Of a DNA stretch of 64,000 bases, positions 29,656 to 39,419 are shown piece after piece (the stretch's first letter is position 1; every line of letters begins with the position of its first letter). The notes beneath the pieces were generated by a model that saw only the letters and a program-made list of their open reading frames with translations, was not told the origin of the DNA and made no database searches. The DNA is from a bacterium (GTDB lineage Bacteria; Patescibacteriota; Minisyncoccia; Phycocordibacterales; UBA5272): assembly GCA_023267635.1 (NCBI GenBank), contig JAHFMX010000005.1, forward strand, positions 1,989 to 65,988, written 5' to 3'. Both the position numbers and the translations under genes were made by a program.

Positions 29656-29695
29656 GTAGTTTCAGTATAGCAAGTACTTCGCTTCTTTTTGTGAG

Positions 29696-30553
29696 TTATC
29701 TACCAGTAAAGGACGCATGAAAGTGACGTGCTGTAGATTTACCGCAACCAGACTCGGGTTCGTCCCAGAAAATGAATCCACTATACCCATATTTCACATT
29801 ACATGGTGGGCTGTTGGCAATAATTGATTTTGATTTTAGAAATGTGCCCAGTTGTTCGGTGTACTGTATATCTACGGCTTCTTTTCCTGGTCCATGGTTT
29901 GAGTTTGTGCTATGTCCAGGCTCTGATCCGCCAGTCACCATAAGCGAACAGTTGCATTCTGCTTTTAGTTTAAGCAACATATTGACGGTGGCTGGATTCA
30001 TGTTTCCAACATTCGTACAGCTTGTGTCTGAACCAACACAAGCAGGTTTGTTTATGGTGATTCCTTGAGCAGACAATGCGTTGCGATTTGCTTGCTCCGT
30101 TCCGTTTGTTGAGGGTGTTGGAACGGGTGTACCAAATCCCCCCGTCGCCCCTCCTCCGCCCATGTCCCCTCCTCCCCCACTCACAATCCCACCACCTTTT
30201 CCTGCTGCAGCTCGTAATCCATCTAACCCAACATTTCCAGAAAGTAGATCTTTGTTAAAGGTATAAAGAATAACAAACAAAGAAAGAACACCAAGCAATC
30301 CAAGTGTTACTCTCTTAATTTCATCATTAGACTTCCTCACCCCTGCTTCTGATGCCTGCATTCTATATACCCCAGCTCGTGCGTACATTACTCCTGCTGC
30401 AAGTACAGAGATCATAATAGCCAATGAATACAGAAAGCTTGTAGAAGAGAACAAAGAAACAGCTTGTCCTGTAGTAAACGTTGGAGCAATCCCCTCCTTT
30501 CCAAGAGATTGGAAGTATGAGGGCTCGAGGGAGGTGTAGGAAATCAGTGCCAT
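29696..30553 (-). CDS. VirB2/TrbC-like pilin module fused to an M15/LAS-type Zn peptidase domain
   Basis: Same N-terminus as 27357-28385; VTGGSEPGH...SNHGPGKEAVD and HFH motifs. Confidence 0.7.
   Translation of the reverse strand: MALISYTSLEPSYFQSLGKEGIAPTFTTGQAVSLFSSTSFLYSLAIMISVLAAGVMYARAGVYRMQASEAGVRKSNDEIKRVTLGLLGVLSLFVILYTFNKDLLSGNVGLDGLRAAAGKGGGIVSGGGGDMGGGGATGGFGTPVPTPSTNGTEQANRNALSAQGITINKPACVGSDTSCTNVGNMNPATVNMLLKLKAECNCSLMVTGGSEPGHSTNSNHGPGKEAVDIQYTEQLGTFLKSKSIIANSPPCNVKYGYSGFIFWDEPESGCGKSTARHFHASFTGR
30140..30539. repeat. 400-bp exact direct repeat, copy 2
   Basis: Identical by eye to 27960-28359. Confidence 0.9.
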
Positions 30554-30558
30554 AGATA

Positions 30559-31533
30559 CTAATTGGGTCGCGTGTCGAAGATAACCTCAATCTCATTTGT
30601 TGCTTTCTGCAGTTTACGCTTCGCACTTTCTACCATCACAGAAAGAGTGCGGATCCCCACACTATTTTCTCTTGGACGAAGAGAAAGAAGTGTTTTTTCC
30701 ATAGGGGTAACAGGAAGACCATCTAAGTACCATGAATATGAAGCGGTATTTTCGAATTCATTGTTTGAAGAAAAATAAAATGGAACAAGAGAAAGTGTTA
30801 TATCTTTAGATGTTTCAAGTCTTCTCCAGAATGTTTTTGTAAGGTTTGTTCCGAGCACTTCGTCGTATGAGTACAAAAGTGGCATAACAGCATGAGGAGA
30901 AATTGAAGTTCTTTTTTCCGCCACACTTCCACGTGGGCTTCTCACAACAACTCGCACATCGTTGGAGTCGCTTAAATAATCGAGCGCAATAGTTGCAACA
31001 GATCTTCCCACGCCAGAAGCGTTTTCTAGAAACTCTCCGTTTAGATACCAGCTATATGCAAGACTTGAGGCTTGAATTCTGACACCGCCTTCACTTAATG
31101 AAGGTAATGCAGTAACACGAACAACGGCCCCCTCAGAAGGAAGAGATCTTCCTTGATAAAAGGGAGGAACAAAACTTTCTCGTGATTCATAGAGAAGTTC
31201 AACTGTCTGAGAGGAAACAATAAATGATCCACTAGCCCCACCCCCGTCTACAGTAATGACGGTATATGAAATAGGGATTTCTTGCCCAGAAGCGCCAGCG
31301 GTTACAGTTACTTTTTTAGCACCAAGGCCCGAAAGAAGTGTCGTTCCTCCGCTCTTCCAGGTTATCATCGCCCCATTAACATCAAAGGAGGCACTCGTAA
31401 GAGTAATGGTTGTTTCTTGATACGGTGCAGGATTTGTTGGGCTCATACTAACGCTCACATCAAGTGCTGCGAAAGCGTACATTGGAACAAAGAGAAGAGC
31501 GAAAGAGAGTAGCAGTCGTGTGGCTAGCGTCAT
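30559..31533 (-). CDS. Secreted Ig-like-domain protein
   Basis: Signal peptide; repeated YSWYL(N/D)G beta-sandwich motifs. Confidence 0.65.
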   Translation of the reverse strand: MTLATRLLLSFALLFVPMYAFAALDVSVSMSPTNPAPYQETTITLTSASFDVNGAMITWKSGGTTLLSGLGAKKVTVTAGASGQEIPISYTVITVDGGGASGSFIVSSQTVELLYESRESFVPPFYQGRSLPSEGAVVRVTALPSLSEGGVRIQASSLAYSWYLNGEFLENASGVGRSVATIALDYLSDSNDVRVVVRSPRGSVAEKRTSISPHAVMPLLYSYDEVLGTNLTKTFWRRLETSKDITLSLVPFYFSSNNEFENTASYSWYLDGLPVTPMEKTLLSLRPRENSVGIRTLSVMVESAKRKLQKATNEIEVIFDTRPN

Positions 31534-33347
31534 AGTACTTTTGATTGTGCCACTTCATCTTTCATGGCTTTAATCTGAAGAAGTTGAGACGGATCACTCG
31601 TGATGATCTGATCTTCCGTGTATGAAGCAACAACTTTTATCGCTACGTGCTTAAGTCCGGCAAAGAAGATTCCCTCCCCTACACCAGACTCAAGCAGGAG
31701 AAACTTCTCTTCGTCGGTGAGGTTAAATGTTTTTTGTACAAGGTCTATAGAAGAAGGTGATTGTTTAAGAAGGATTTGAATTGAGGAGTTTGTGATAATA
31801 GGAAGTCCGTATGGAGACTTAAGGAAGTCTCCAACGTCTTGTGTAATGGTTGCAAGTCCAAGGTAATACTTTCGTCCGCGCTTAGCGAGTCCGAAGAGGA
31901 ATGATGCAGTGTCATCGTTTTTCATCATGATCCAAGCTTCATCCACCACTAAAAGTCTTTTTCGAATATCTTTTCGTACCGCATTCCAAATGTAGTGAGT
32001 AATAATATACATCGCAACAGGTTTAAGCTCATCCTCCATGTCTCGGATAGAGAAACACACAAGCTTTTTATTGATATCAACGTTTGATGGCTGATTAATA
32101 AACCCAGACCACGTTCCTTTTGTGTATTTAGAAAGTCGCGCAAGAAGATCGTCTGACCCCCCTATTCCTTGAAGAACAGTTTCAAAGTCAGAAAGAAGTG
32201 GTGGTTCAAGTTTTGTGAAATCAACATCACCATTAATATCTTTAAGCGCGTATGTTTCGGTGATTGCTTGGTCTATGATCGCATCTTCTTCTGGGGTAAG
32301 TCCTCCAAGCATCACACGGAAAAGTCCAACCAAGTTAACAATGTTTGATCGAAGTACTTCAGACGGCGACTCATCTTCTGTTGGATGTGGTAAATCAAAA
32401 GGGTTAATGTGGTGGTCACTTGTGAGAGAAATATCAAAATATCTTCCCCCTACTGATTCAGCGAGGTATTCGTATTCTCGTTCAGGGTCAATAATAATCA
32501 CCTCAGTATCAAACATAAGCGTACGAAGAATTTCAAGTTTTGTTGTATAACTTTTACCAGAACCAGATTTTGCAAAAACAATCGAATTGTAGTTCTCAAG
32601 AGAAAAACGATCAAAGAGGATGAGTGATCCATTGTGACGATTGAGCCCGTAGAGAATTCCTTTGTCTGACGAAAGGTCAAACGACACGAATGGGAAAAAC
32701 GATGAGAGTGGTGATGTGTTCAGTTTGTTTTTTATCTGCAACTGGTCTTGTCCCAAAGGAAGAGTAGAGAGGAAACCAACATCTTGCTGGAACAAGGCTG
32801 GTTTTACATATACCAATCGACTTTCTAGTATATTTTTTATCTCATTTTCAACTTTATCAACTTCCGCTTCTGTTGACCCATAGATAGAAATATACAGAGA
32901 CACTTCAAACATTTTTTCTTGCGCTTGAGTAAGTCCGTCACGCAGGTCTTCGAGATCTTTGTATGCTACATCAAGTGTTGGGTCACGCACGAGCCCCTTT
33001 TCTTCACGTGTCATAATCTGACTTTCAACCTCAGCAACTTTTCTTTGGAATTTTTTCATCACATCCCCTGTGTCGAGTGGAGTTACGTGAATAGCAACAT
33101 CAAATACTTTGTCTAGGTTAATAATTGGGCTTAACCAGTTATCCGTAAGGAATCGAGGGTATGAGATAACGAAATAAGAGCGCACAATATTGGTACCGAG
33201 ATTAAGATTCTTTGGGCCAACACCCAAAGCAGAAGGCGCAATAATATCCTTTAGTTGCATTTCTGCCACCTTGTAGACTTGCTCAGGCAAGATTGGGCTT
33301 ACTGGCGAAGCTCCCTGTTTTTTATTTATAAAATCAAATATTCCCAT
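31530..33347 (-). CDS. virB4: VirB4-like type IV secretion ATPase
   Basis: AKSGSGKS Walker A, IIDPEREY, INPFD, VVDEAW, RGRKY, ITQD. Confidence 0.88.
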   Translation of the reverse strand: MGIFDFINKKQGASPVSPILPEQVYKVAEMQLKDIIAPSALGVGPKNLNLGTNIVRSYFVISYPRFLTDNWLSPIINLDKVFDVAIHVTPLDTGDVMKKFQRKVAEVESQIMTREEKGLVRDPTLDVAYKDLEDLRDGLTQAQEKMFEVSLYISIYGSTEAEVDKVENEIKNILESRLVYVKPALFQQDVGFLSTLPLGQDQLQIKNKLNTSPLSSFFPFVSFDLSSDKGILYGLNRHNGSLILFDRFSLENYNSIVFAKSGSGKSYTTKLEILRTLMFDTEVIIIDPEREYEYLAESVGGRYFDISLTSDHHINPFDLPHPTEDESPSEVLRSNIVNLVGLFRVMLGGLTPEEDAIIDQAITETYALKDINGDVDFTKLEPPLLSDFETVLQGIGGSDDLLARLSKYTKGTWSGFINQPSNVDINKKLVCFSIRDMEDELKPVAMYIITHYIWNAVRKDIRKRLLVVDEAWIMMKNDDTASFLFGLAKRGRKYYLGLATITQDVGDFLKSPYGLPIITNSSIQILLKQSPSSIDLVQKTFNLTDEEKFLLLESGVGEGIFFAGLKHVAIKVVASYTEDQIITSDPSQLLQIKAMKDEVAQSKVL

Positions 33348-33351
33348 AGTG

Positions 33352-33993
33352 TTAGTTGTTGTTTACCTTAGGCGCTTCTCGGTCTTGTTCCCCTGGATTA
33401 AAAAGTTTATAGAAGAGCTCAACGACTTCTTCTGTTCCAAGCTTTTGTGAGCGTAATCCAAAGCGATTAAGTCCTTGCATAACCGTTGCTACACGTTGTT
33501 CAAGCTGAATTCGAGCTGCATCAAAAGACCCCTGCTCTCCGCCAGTAGAAGAGTTAGCTAAACCAAATGATAAGAATTTGTTCGCTTGATTTTGATTTTG
33601 TGTTTGAGCAGGCAAGTACGGAATCACAATGAAGAAATGTTTTGTCATAATGTTTGTTTCTTCTGTAAACTTTGTGATGAAGCCCATGTACTCATGAATT
33701 TGAATCTTTAAAAGATCCTCCTTTACCTCCCCTGATCGCTGCTGCAGGAGATCCATGTATGGTTTGATATTGAGTCTTCTTGATTGGATGAAAAATTGAA
33801 TTGGGAAATCAAGTGAATTAAGAAGGTTTTGAAACTGAAGAAGAATCGCCTGCTGCTCATCTTCACTTTTGAGGGACAAGTTGAGTGATGAAGTAATAAG
33901 CACGGCACGGAGTTCGCCGTTTTTAAGTACAACAACACCATCACGCACGCGTTCGATCGGTACAAATTGTTGTGTTGCTATTCCAGAAGCCAT
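33352..33993 (-). CDS. T4SS-associated protein resembling a VirB4/TraC N-terminal domain
   Basis: NLSLKSEDEQ...LNSLDFPIQ pattern; lies between prgI-like and virB4 genes. Confidence 0.6.
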   Translation of the reverse strand: MASGIATQQFVPIERVRDGVVVLKNGELRAVLITSSLNLSLKSEDEQQAILLQFQNLLNSLDFPIQFFIQSRRLNIKPYMDLLQQRSGEVKEDLLKIQIHEYMGFITKFTEETNIMTKHFFIVIPYLPAQTQNQNQANKFLSFGLANSSTGGEQGSFDAARIQLEQRVATVMQGLNRFGLRSQKLGTEEVVELFYKLFNPGEQDREAPKVNNN

Positions 33994-34029
33994 ATCTTGA
34001 AGTATACAGCATAGAAACAGGACTGAAGG

Positions 34030-34452
34030 CTATTCCTGTGAGTTACGATCAAGAACATCAAGACCAAGAGATACTTCATGAAGTCTATCTTTGTTTACTT
34101 TTGAGACAGTTATTTCTTTTTCTGCATCAGCAACTACTTTTTCTATATTAGAAGTGCTCTCAGTTTGTTCCTTTGGCTGCTTCCAGGTATAAATTTTACT
34201 CCCTGTGTAGTAAGCGAAAGCGCTCTCAAGTAAATCTCCAAAGGGTCTATTGTTAATTTTTACAAAAGCAAGAGAAAGAAATAATCCAGAAACGACCAGA
34301 ATAAGAACAACGGCGATGATTTTTATTGAGATAAACGTCCAAATAATGAAGGAGAATCCGCCCGCACCTAAAATATACCCAAATTGTTTGAGGGTAAGAG
34401 GTCCGACAACCTTGTCTTCCATGTCGATAAATTGAGGGACTCGGAATTGCAT
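34030..34452 (-). CDS. PrgI-family membrane protein
   Basis: VPQFIDMEDKVVGPLTLKQF followed by two TM helices. Confidence 0.8.
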   Translation of the reverse strand: MQFRVPQFIDMEDKVVGPLTLKQFGYILGAGGFSFIIWTFISIKIIAVVLILVVSGLFLSLAFVKINNRPFGDLLESAFAYYTGSKIYTWKQPKEQTESTSNIEKVVADAEKEITVSKVNKDRLHEVSLGLDVLDRNSQE

Positions 34453-34480
34453 AGGTTAAAGTATATCACGCACTGATTAG

Positions 34481-35257
34481 CTATTCTGAGGTTTCTCGGT
34501 ACGGGTCAATATTGTATTTGGTCGGAGCTTTACTGTATGAGGCGGTCTGAGCTTCAGCTTCTACCGCTTTGTCGTCACCCGCATGAGGCATAAATTCCTG
34601 AAGAGCGATGTTTGAGTCCAGTGCCCTATCGTCCTTTGTTTCTATCCCAGAGATTTGTTCTTGGATTTTTTTAAGTCTTTCTGAAACCTCCTCATCATCT
34701 GGAATAGTGTCTAAAATCTGTAGTTGTTCCAAGAGTTGGGAGCGAGATCCTACTACAGCCGTTGTTTTTTTAGCGGGCGCAGGCGCAGGTGTTACAGGCG
34801 CAGGAGCTGTTGGCTGAGCTTGTTGGTTTTGAGTTGAGGCAGGTACTGGTTCGCGCTTGGTGGTGTCGAGAATTTCTTTTCGTAATTCGTCAGGTGACCT
34901 CCCCTCTTGAAACGTAAGCGTTACCATATCTTTGGGTGATTTACCCAAGATACTAATACGAGCTTTTTCTAGAATAGTTTTATCCAGGTCTGCAGCAAGT
35001 TTGTAAGCCTCTTCTTCAGAAAGAGCTAAAATATCCACGATAGCCCGCACAACATCTTTTGGTTGTAAGGCTCCAATCAGAATGAATGAAATGATATTCT
35101 CAAGCGCAATGTAAGAACTCACTGGTATTTTATATAGTTTACCTAAAATTGCGGTTACGTTGTTTACTTCGTCTCCATGAATAAGCTCCTGAATATCTTC
35201 TGGAGATTGATCGAATAACTCGTCTTGATTTGTTGCGATATAAGATACAGTTTTCAT
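34481..35257 (-). CDS. Hypothetical protein
   Basis: 258-aa ORF with Pro/Ala linker and terminal DPYRE motif. Confidence 0.7.
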   Translation of the reverse strand: MKTVSYIATNQDELFDQSPEDIQELIHGDEVNNVTAILGKLYKIPVSSYIALENIISFILIGALQPKDVVRAIVDILALSEEEAYKLAADLDKTILEKARISILGKSPKDMVTLTFQEGRSPDELRKEILDTTKREPVPASTQNQQAQPTAPAPVTPAPAPAKKTTAVVGSRSQLLEQLQILDTIPDDEEVSERLKKIQEQISGIETKDDRALDSNIALQEFMPHAGDDKAVEAEAQTASYSKAPTKYNIDPYRETSE

Positions 35258-35259
35258 AC

Positions 35260-37605
35260 TTATACGGTCTCAGCTTCTGGGGTGTTTTTAGGTGTCACAG
35301 TTGTTGCGTTACTAGTATCAAATTTTTTCGAACGAACTCCCGCTCTAAAACTTGTACTATGAATATCGTCAACATTAACAGGAGATTCTTCACTCGCCTC
35401 GCCTTCTTTCGGTACAAGTCCAGCCTTGTCTAAGTCCACTGAAGGGCCTTTTGACGTGGTCGGATTTGGCCGAGCACTCCCCGCTTGGTTTTTAAGTATT
35501 GTTTGCATGTCCTCCGACTGTGATTCCAAGTACTCCTGCTTTTTGTCAGGGTCTGCGGTGTTGTTATATCTATCAATTATCTTTTGTTTACCATTTTCAA
35601 GACTTTCTTTTATAATCTCTGCATCACTTCGCCCTTCTTTGCCGCTGAGCCCGAAGACTTTTAGCGTACCACGCTGAGCCCTTGAACCAATTGTGTTAGT
35701 CATCTGGTTGAGATATCTATCACGAACACCTGCGTCTTTAATGTATGAAGCTTTTGCCTGAGTCGCGGTTTTTCTCTCCTGAAAATTTTTGTCATATGTT
35801 TTCGTTGACCCCGCCCCCATTCCCATTCCGGCGGATGCCATGCCGCGGTTAACCATTCCTATATTTTTTGCATCAAACGTGCTTTGAGCTAATGAATTTG
35901 TAAGGGAAAACAACCCACGCCCAGTTCTGGAATCTTGTTTATTTTTCATCCAATCACTATCGCGCATACGAGCTGCGGCCATTCCAACAGTGCCTCGTGC
36001 AAGTAGTCCAGCCCCACCTGTTGCTACACCAAGCCCAAACCCTCCTACTTTACCCATGAAATTTGTCGCCATTTCTCCTGCTGTTCCAGCGGCAGCTTTG
36101 GTTACTTTGAGCATTATCATTAGCATAATTGTCATCATAAGGAGATTGAAGAAGACTTTTACACTATCCCCACCGTTGGCAAGTGGTCCTGTTTGGAATA
36201 CGTCCATAAATCTAAGAGTAAGCGCAAGCATAAGCATAAACACGGGAGCAACAATGAGTTGTTCAAAAAACATTTTACGCATTTTTACGGCAACGTCCCC
36301 TAATTTTGGCACTACCGCATCAACTAAAAGGAGTGGAGAGGCAACAATAAGGAAAGCAAGTACGGCGGACCTCATAACAAGTAACCACGTACACATAAAG
36401 AGCACAAAGGCTGCACATAAAGCAAAAGCAACAGCAGCAAGAGCTCCAGGTGTGGTATTAATTTGTCCAACAAACCCAGACCCTGTTTTTACATTAAATC
36501 CGCTTTCTGCGGTTACTGTGGTGGCGCTTACAAAAAGATCAGTTAAACCAAGTTTACTTACAATAAGTGATCCCGCAGTGTTGCCGCCAGACGTTGTTAC
36601 AGCGCTTCCAAAACTGCTACCCAACGCTTCACTCCCCACAGCGCTTGAATAAATATTTAAAGAAACAATATTTGAAACATCAACAAGGGCTCTTGTGATT
36701 GGATATGAAAAGTTTACAAAGAGAGCAAAGATTACAAGCCACCCAATGTATTTACCAAAGGTGTCTTCACGTCCAATAATATACATGAATCCAAGGTAGA
36801 GTCCCGCAAACACTACAACAAGAGAAACTATTTGGCGAATAATTACCCATACAGAGTATATAGATGCTGTGGGTGACCATTTAGCAAAGTCCAGAATACT
36901 TATTTGAATCGCATAATTAAGCATGTTGGCACTAAGCCATGCAAGAAACCCAGCCATTTGAAGGAAAGTATTCTTAATAAGCCAAGAAAAACCTTCATCA
37001 ATACAGGCAGAAACTGTAAAGTTATTCCAACGGCAACCCCCACTAATTGTTTTACTTCCTGGGTTAGCAGATTCTTTGGATGCGACGGCGTTTGCTTGAG
37101 CCTCTGCGCTCAGTGCTTTTCCTGTGGTTATTGCACGGATGCGTTCTTGGCTAAGAGCCTCTGCCATTAACTCTTGTCTAAATTTACGAATAAAATCATC
37201 CGCTTGAGGTCTTTTGAGTATAGGGTTTGAGCTTTGTTGATCAACAAGCGATCGACTTGTTGCTACAAGAGCATCTCCATAGAGTTCTGTGGGGGTGCGG
37301 GTAGATTTTGCTGTCAGTGTTGTTTCAAAGACACCTTTAGCCACCCTAACCATTGCAATTTCTGCTGCATTTGTTTGCACATATTCTTTGTACTCAGTAC
37401 TATTTTTGTCTCCATGGGTTGAACCAAATAATTTCATTTCATTATTCAGTGCAAGAATCTTTTCATCAATAATAGGACTAGCGTGCTGAAGTATTTGTTC
37501 CACAGTAACAGTATTTTGTGCAAAAGCTTTTTCTGGATGGGTAAATCCACCAATTGTACCAATGAGTATTATCGCGATAAAAGCGTAGACACCAAGTCGT
37601 TTCAT
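35260..37605 (-). CDS. VirB6-like polytopic membrane protein
   Basis: W..IR, ALFVNFS....R..VD.SN, multiple TM helices, Gly/Ala-rich cytoplasmic tail. Confidence 0.65.
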   Translation of the reverse strand: MKRLGVYAFIAIILIGTIGGFTHPEKAFAQNTVTVEQILQHASPIIDEKILALNNEMKLFGSTHGDKNSTEYKEYVQTNAAEIAMVRVAKGVFETTLTAKSTRTPTELYGDALVATSRSLVDQQSSNPILKRPQADDFIRKFRQELMAEALSQERIRAITTGKALSAEAQANAVASKESANPGSKTISGGCRWNNFTVSACIDEGFSWLIKNTFLQMAGFLAWLSANMLNYAIQISILDFAKWSPTASIYSVWVIIRQIVSLVVVFAGLYLGFMYIIGREDTFGKYIGWLVIFALFVNFSYPITRALVDVSNIVSLNIYSSAVGSEALGSSFGSAVTTSGGNTAGSLIVSKLGLTDLFVSATTVTAESGFNVKTGSGFVGQINTTPGALAAVAFALCAAFVLFMCTWLLVMRSAVLAFLIVASPLLLVDAVVPKLGDVAVKMRKMFFEQLIVAPVFMLMLALTLRFMDVFQTGPLANGGDSVKVFFNLLMMTIMLMIMLKVTKAAAGTAGEMATNFMGKVGGFGLGVATGGAGLLARGTVGMAAARMRDSDWMKNKQDSRTGRGLFSLTNSLAQSTFDAKNIGMVNRGMASAGMGMGAGSTKTYDKNFQERKTATQAKASYIKDAGVRDRYLNQMTNTIGSRAQRGTLKVFGLSGKEGRSDAEIIKESLENGKQKIIDRYNNTADPDKKQEYLESQSEDMQTILKNQAGSARPNPTTSKGPSVDLDKAGLVPKEGEASEESPVNVDDIHSTSFRAGVRSKKFDTSNATTVTPKNTPEAETV

Positions 37606-37712
37606 ACTGTGAAGTGTACCACGCGAAGGAGTGATGGAGGGCGTTGATATCCATATTTTCTAAACAAAAATAACCTCAAAAATGAGGTTATTTTTTGTAT
37701 TCTGGTATTTAT

Positions 37713-39416
37713 TTAGAATGATCCACCTCCACCCGATTGAGTGTTTTGCTGTGAGTAACTTTGTCCTATCGACACACATTCGTCAGCAAGGGTTGTAAGC
37801 TGTGGGATAGCTGAAGCAATTTCTGCGTCTAGGTTGTCTTTAAATGGTATAAATTCTGATTCCCGCATAGCTGCCATAGATAAGCTAGGAATGTCTTGTC
37901 GTTGGTAATTATTAAACAAGCTCAGTATTTCTTCACTTGATTGTGATGAGGCTATAGAAATAAGCGTGTCATTGATAAGAGTTCGGGCGGTTGTTATAGA
38001 ATTAAGAGTCTTAACTGAAGGCGCTTTTCTGAAAGCAAGGTCTATGATTTTATTCCCTGTAAAACTAAGTGCATTGATGATTCGTTGGTCATTTTTTATA
38101 GTTTGGTTGTTCGGGTTATCTTTAAGTATTTGCTCGTAACATGCCTGCACAGGTCGTACACGGTCTTCATATGCAGATAATGCTGATATGAATTTCCCCT
38201 CAACGCTTTCGAGTGAGCTTAAAGAAGCAAGATGTGCCTTAAGTGGTTCGCTCACGCTGGTTGTTGTTTCTCTTTGCCGTACAGGGTCAGTAAGATTTTT
38301 GGTTTGCACCGCGGATTCTTGCTTCGGTGCTGCCTTAGAAGGATTTGATAATGAACGAGCAGAAGAAACTAAAGAGAGAATTGAAGCAATACTTTTACCA
38401 GCCCCAGGACCAAAAGCTTCCATAAGTTTCTTGAGACTTCCGTTGACCGATTCTTGGAAGGCATTATTTAACACACTTCCAACATTGGTAATAGATTCTA
38501 CTCTACAAGGAATATTAGAGACACCTGATTCTTCGGCTACTGCTGGTTGATCACACTTCGTGGCACTCGCGATACCCCCTCCGTTTCTAAGGTCGTTTTC
38601 CGCATTTTTTTCTTTTACTTCTTTATTTTTTGCTATTGCTAGTTGTGTTTGAATACTTCTGTTGTACTCATTGTCCCCAAAACTTACCGCCAAAAGGCTG
38701 TCCATTCCTGCTACATCGGGACGCTGCTTACTGACCGCTGTAAGTCTTTGTCCAAGTTGAATATTCACACTAGGATTTCCTACACAGAGTGAGTTAAAAA
38801 GGTCCTGCTTTCTGTTTTGAAATGCTTCTAAGTCGTACGTTCCATCACTTTTCATGACATCATTCTTCGCAACATTAGAAAGCGAGGCGTCTTTACAAAG
38901 ATTATTCTGAACAATGTTTGGTATTGATGAATTACTGAGTGAACTTAGGGTAGACTTGAGATCAGATGCCCCTCTATACGTATTTATTACACTCCCTAAA
39001 ATACTTGAACTGTATGTTCCATTTTGTTGAGAAATATCTCCAATGTTAACCCTTACAGAATTTAATCCTTTATTTTGAACCCATTGTTCAGGATTTTGAA
39101 TAAGAAGAGAGTTGCCCCCCAACGAACCTGTTATCAAATTAATGGTATTGTTTTGTTGCTGGATTTGAGTAGCGACAATCATGGCATTTGCCAAAGGATC
39201 AAGAACGCTTGACTGAAGATAGGTGTAATAGGTGTTAACTTGGTTTGCTACGTTAGCTGCAGTGTTTATAACATCCTTTGCATACTGAGGTATTTGGGTG
39301 GCGTACTGAGCAGGGTCAAATACTATATCCCCCACCCCAAGAATTGCATAGGAGGGCTGAGTGCTAGAAAAAAAGATACTAAAGAAAAAAGCTGAGGCAA
39401 TAAAAAAGTGTTTCAT
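37713..39416 (-). CDS. Secreted protein with TrbJ/VirB5-like N-terminus
   Basis: Signal peptide followed by GDIVFDPAQY; Gln/Asn/Ser-rich helical body. Confidence 0.5.
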   Translation of the reverse strand: MKHFFIASAFFFSIFFSSTQPSYAILGVGDIVFDPAQYATQIPQYAKDVINTAANVANQVNTYYTYLQSSVLDPLANAMIVATQIQQQNNTINLITGSLGGNSLLIQNPEQWVQNKGLNSVRVNIGDISQQNGTYSSSILGSVINTYRGASDLKSTLSSLSNSSIPNIVQNNLCKDASLSNVAKNDVMKSDGTYDLEAFQNRKQDLFNSLCVGNPSVNIQLGQRLTAVSKQRPDVAGMDSLLAVSFGDNEYNRSIQTQLAIAKNKEVKEKNAENDLRNGGGIASATKCDQPAVAEESGVSNIPCRVESITNVGSVLNNAFQESVNGSLKKLMEAFGPGAGKSIASILSLVSSARSLSNPSKAAPKQESAVQTKNLTDPVRQRETTTSVSEPLKAHLASLSSLESVEGKFISALSAYEDRVRPVQACYEQILKDNPNNQTIKNDQRIINALSFTGNKIIDLAFRKAPSVKTLNSITTARTLINDTLISIASSQSSEEILSLFNNYQRQDIPSLSMAAMRESEFIPFKDNLDAEIASAIPQLTTLADECVSIGQSYSQQNTQSGGGGSF

Positions 39417-39419
39417 AGA

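Noticed and set aside
27960-30539. Diversity-generating retroelement template/variable repeat pair
   Set aside because: The copies are identical with no adenine-specific mismatches, and there is no reverse transcriptase in the window.
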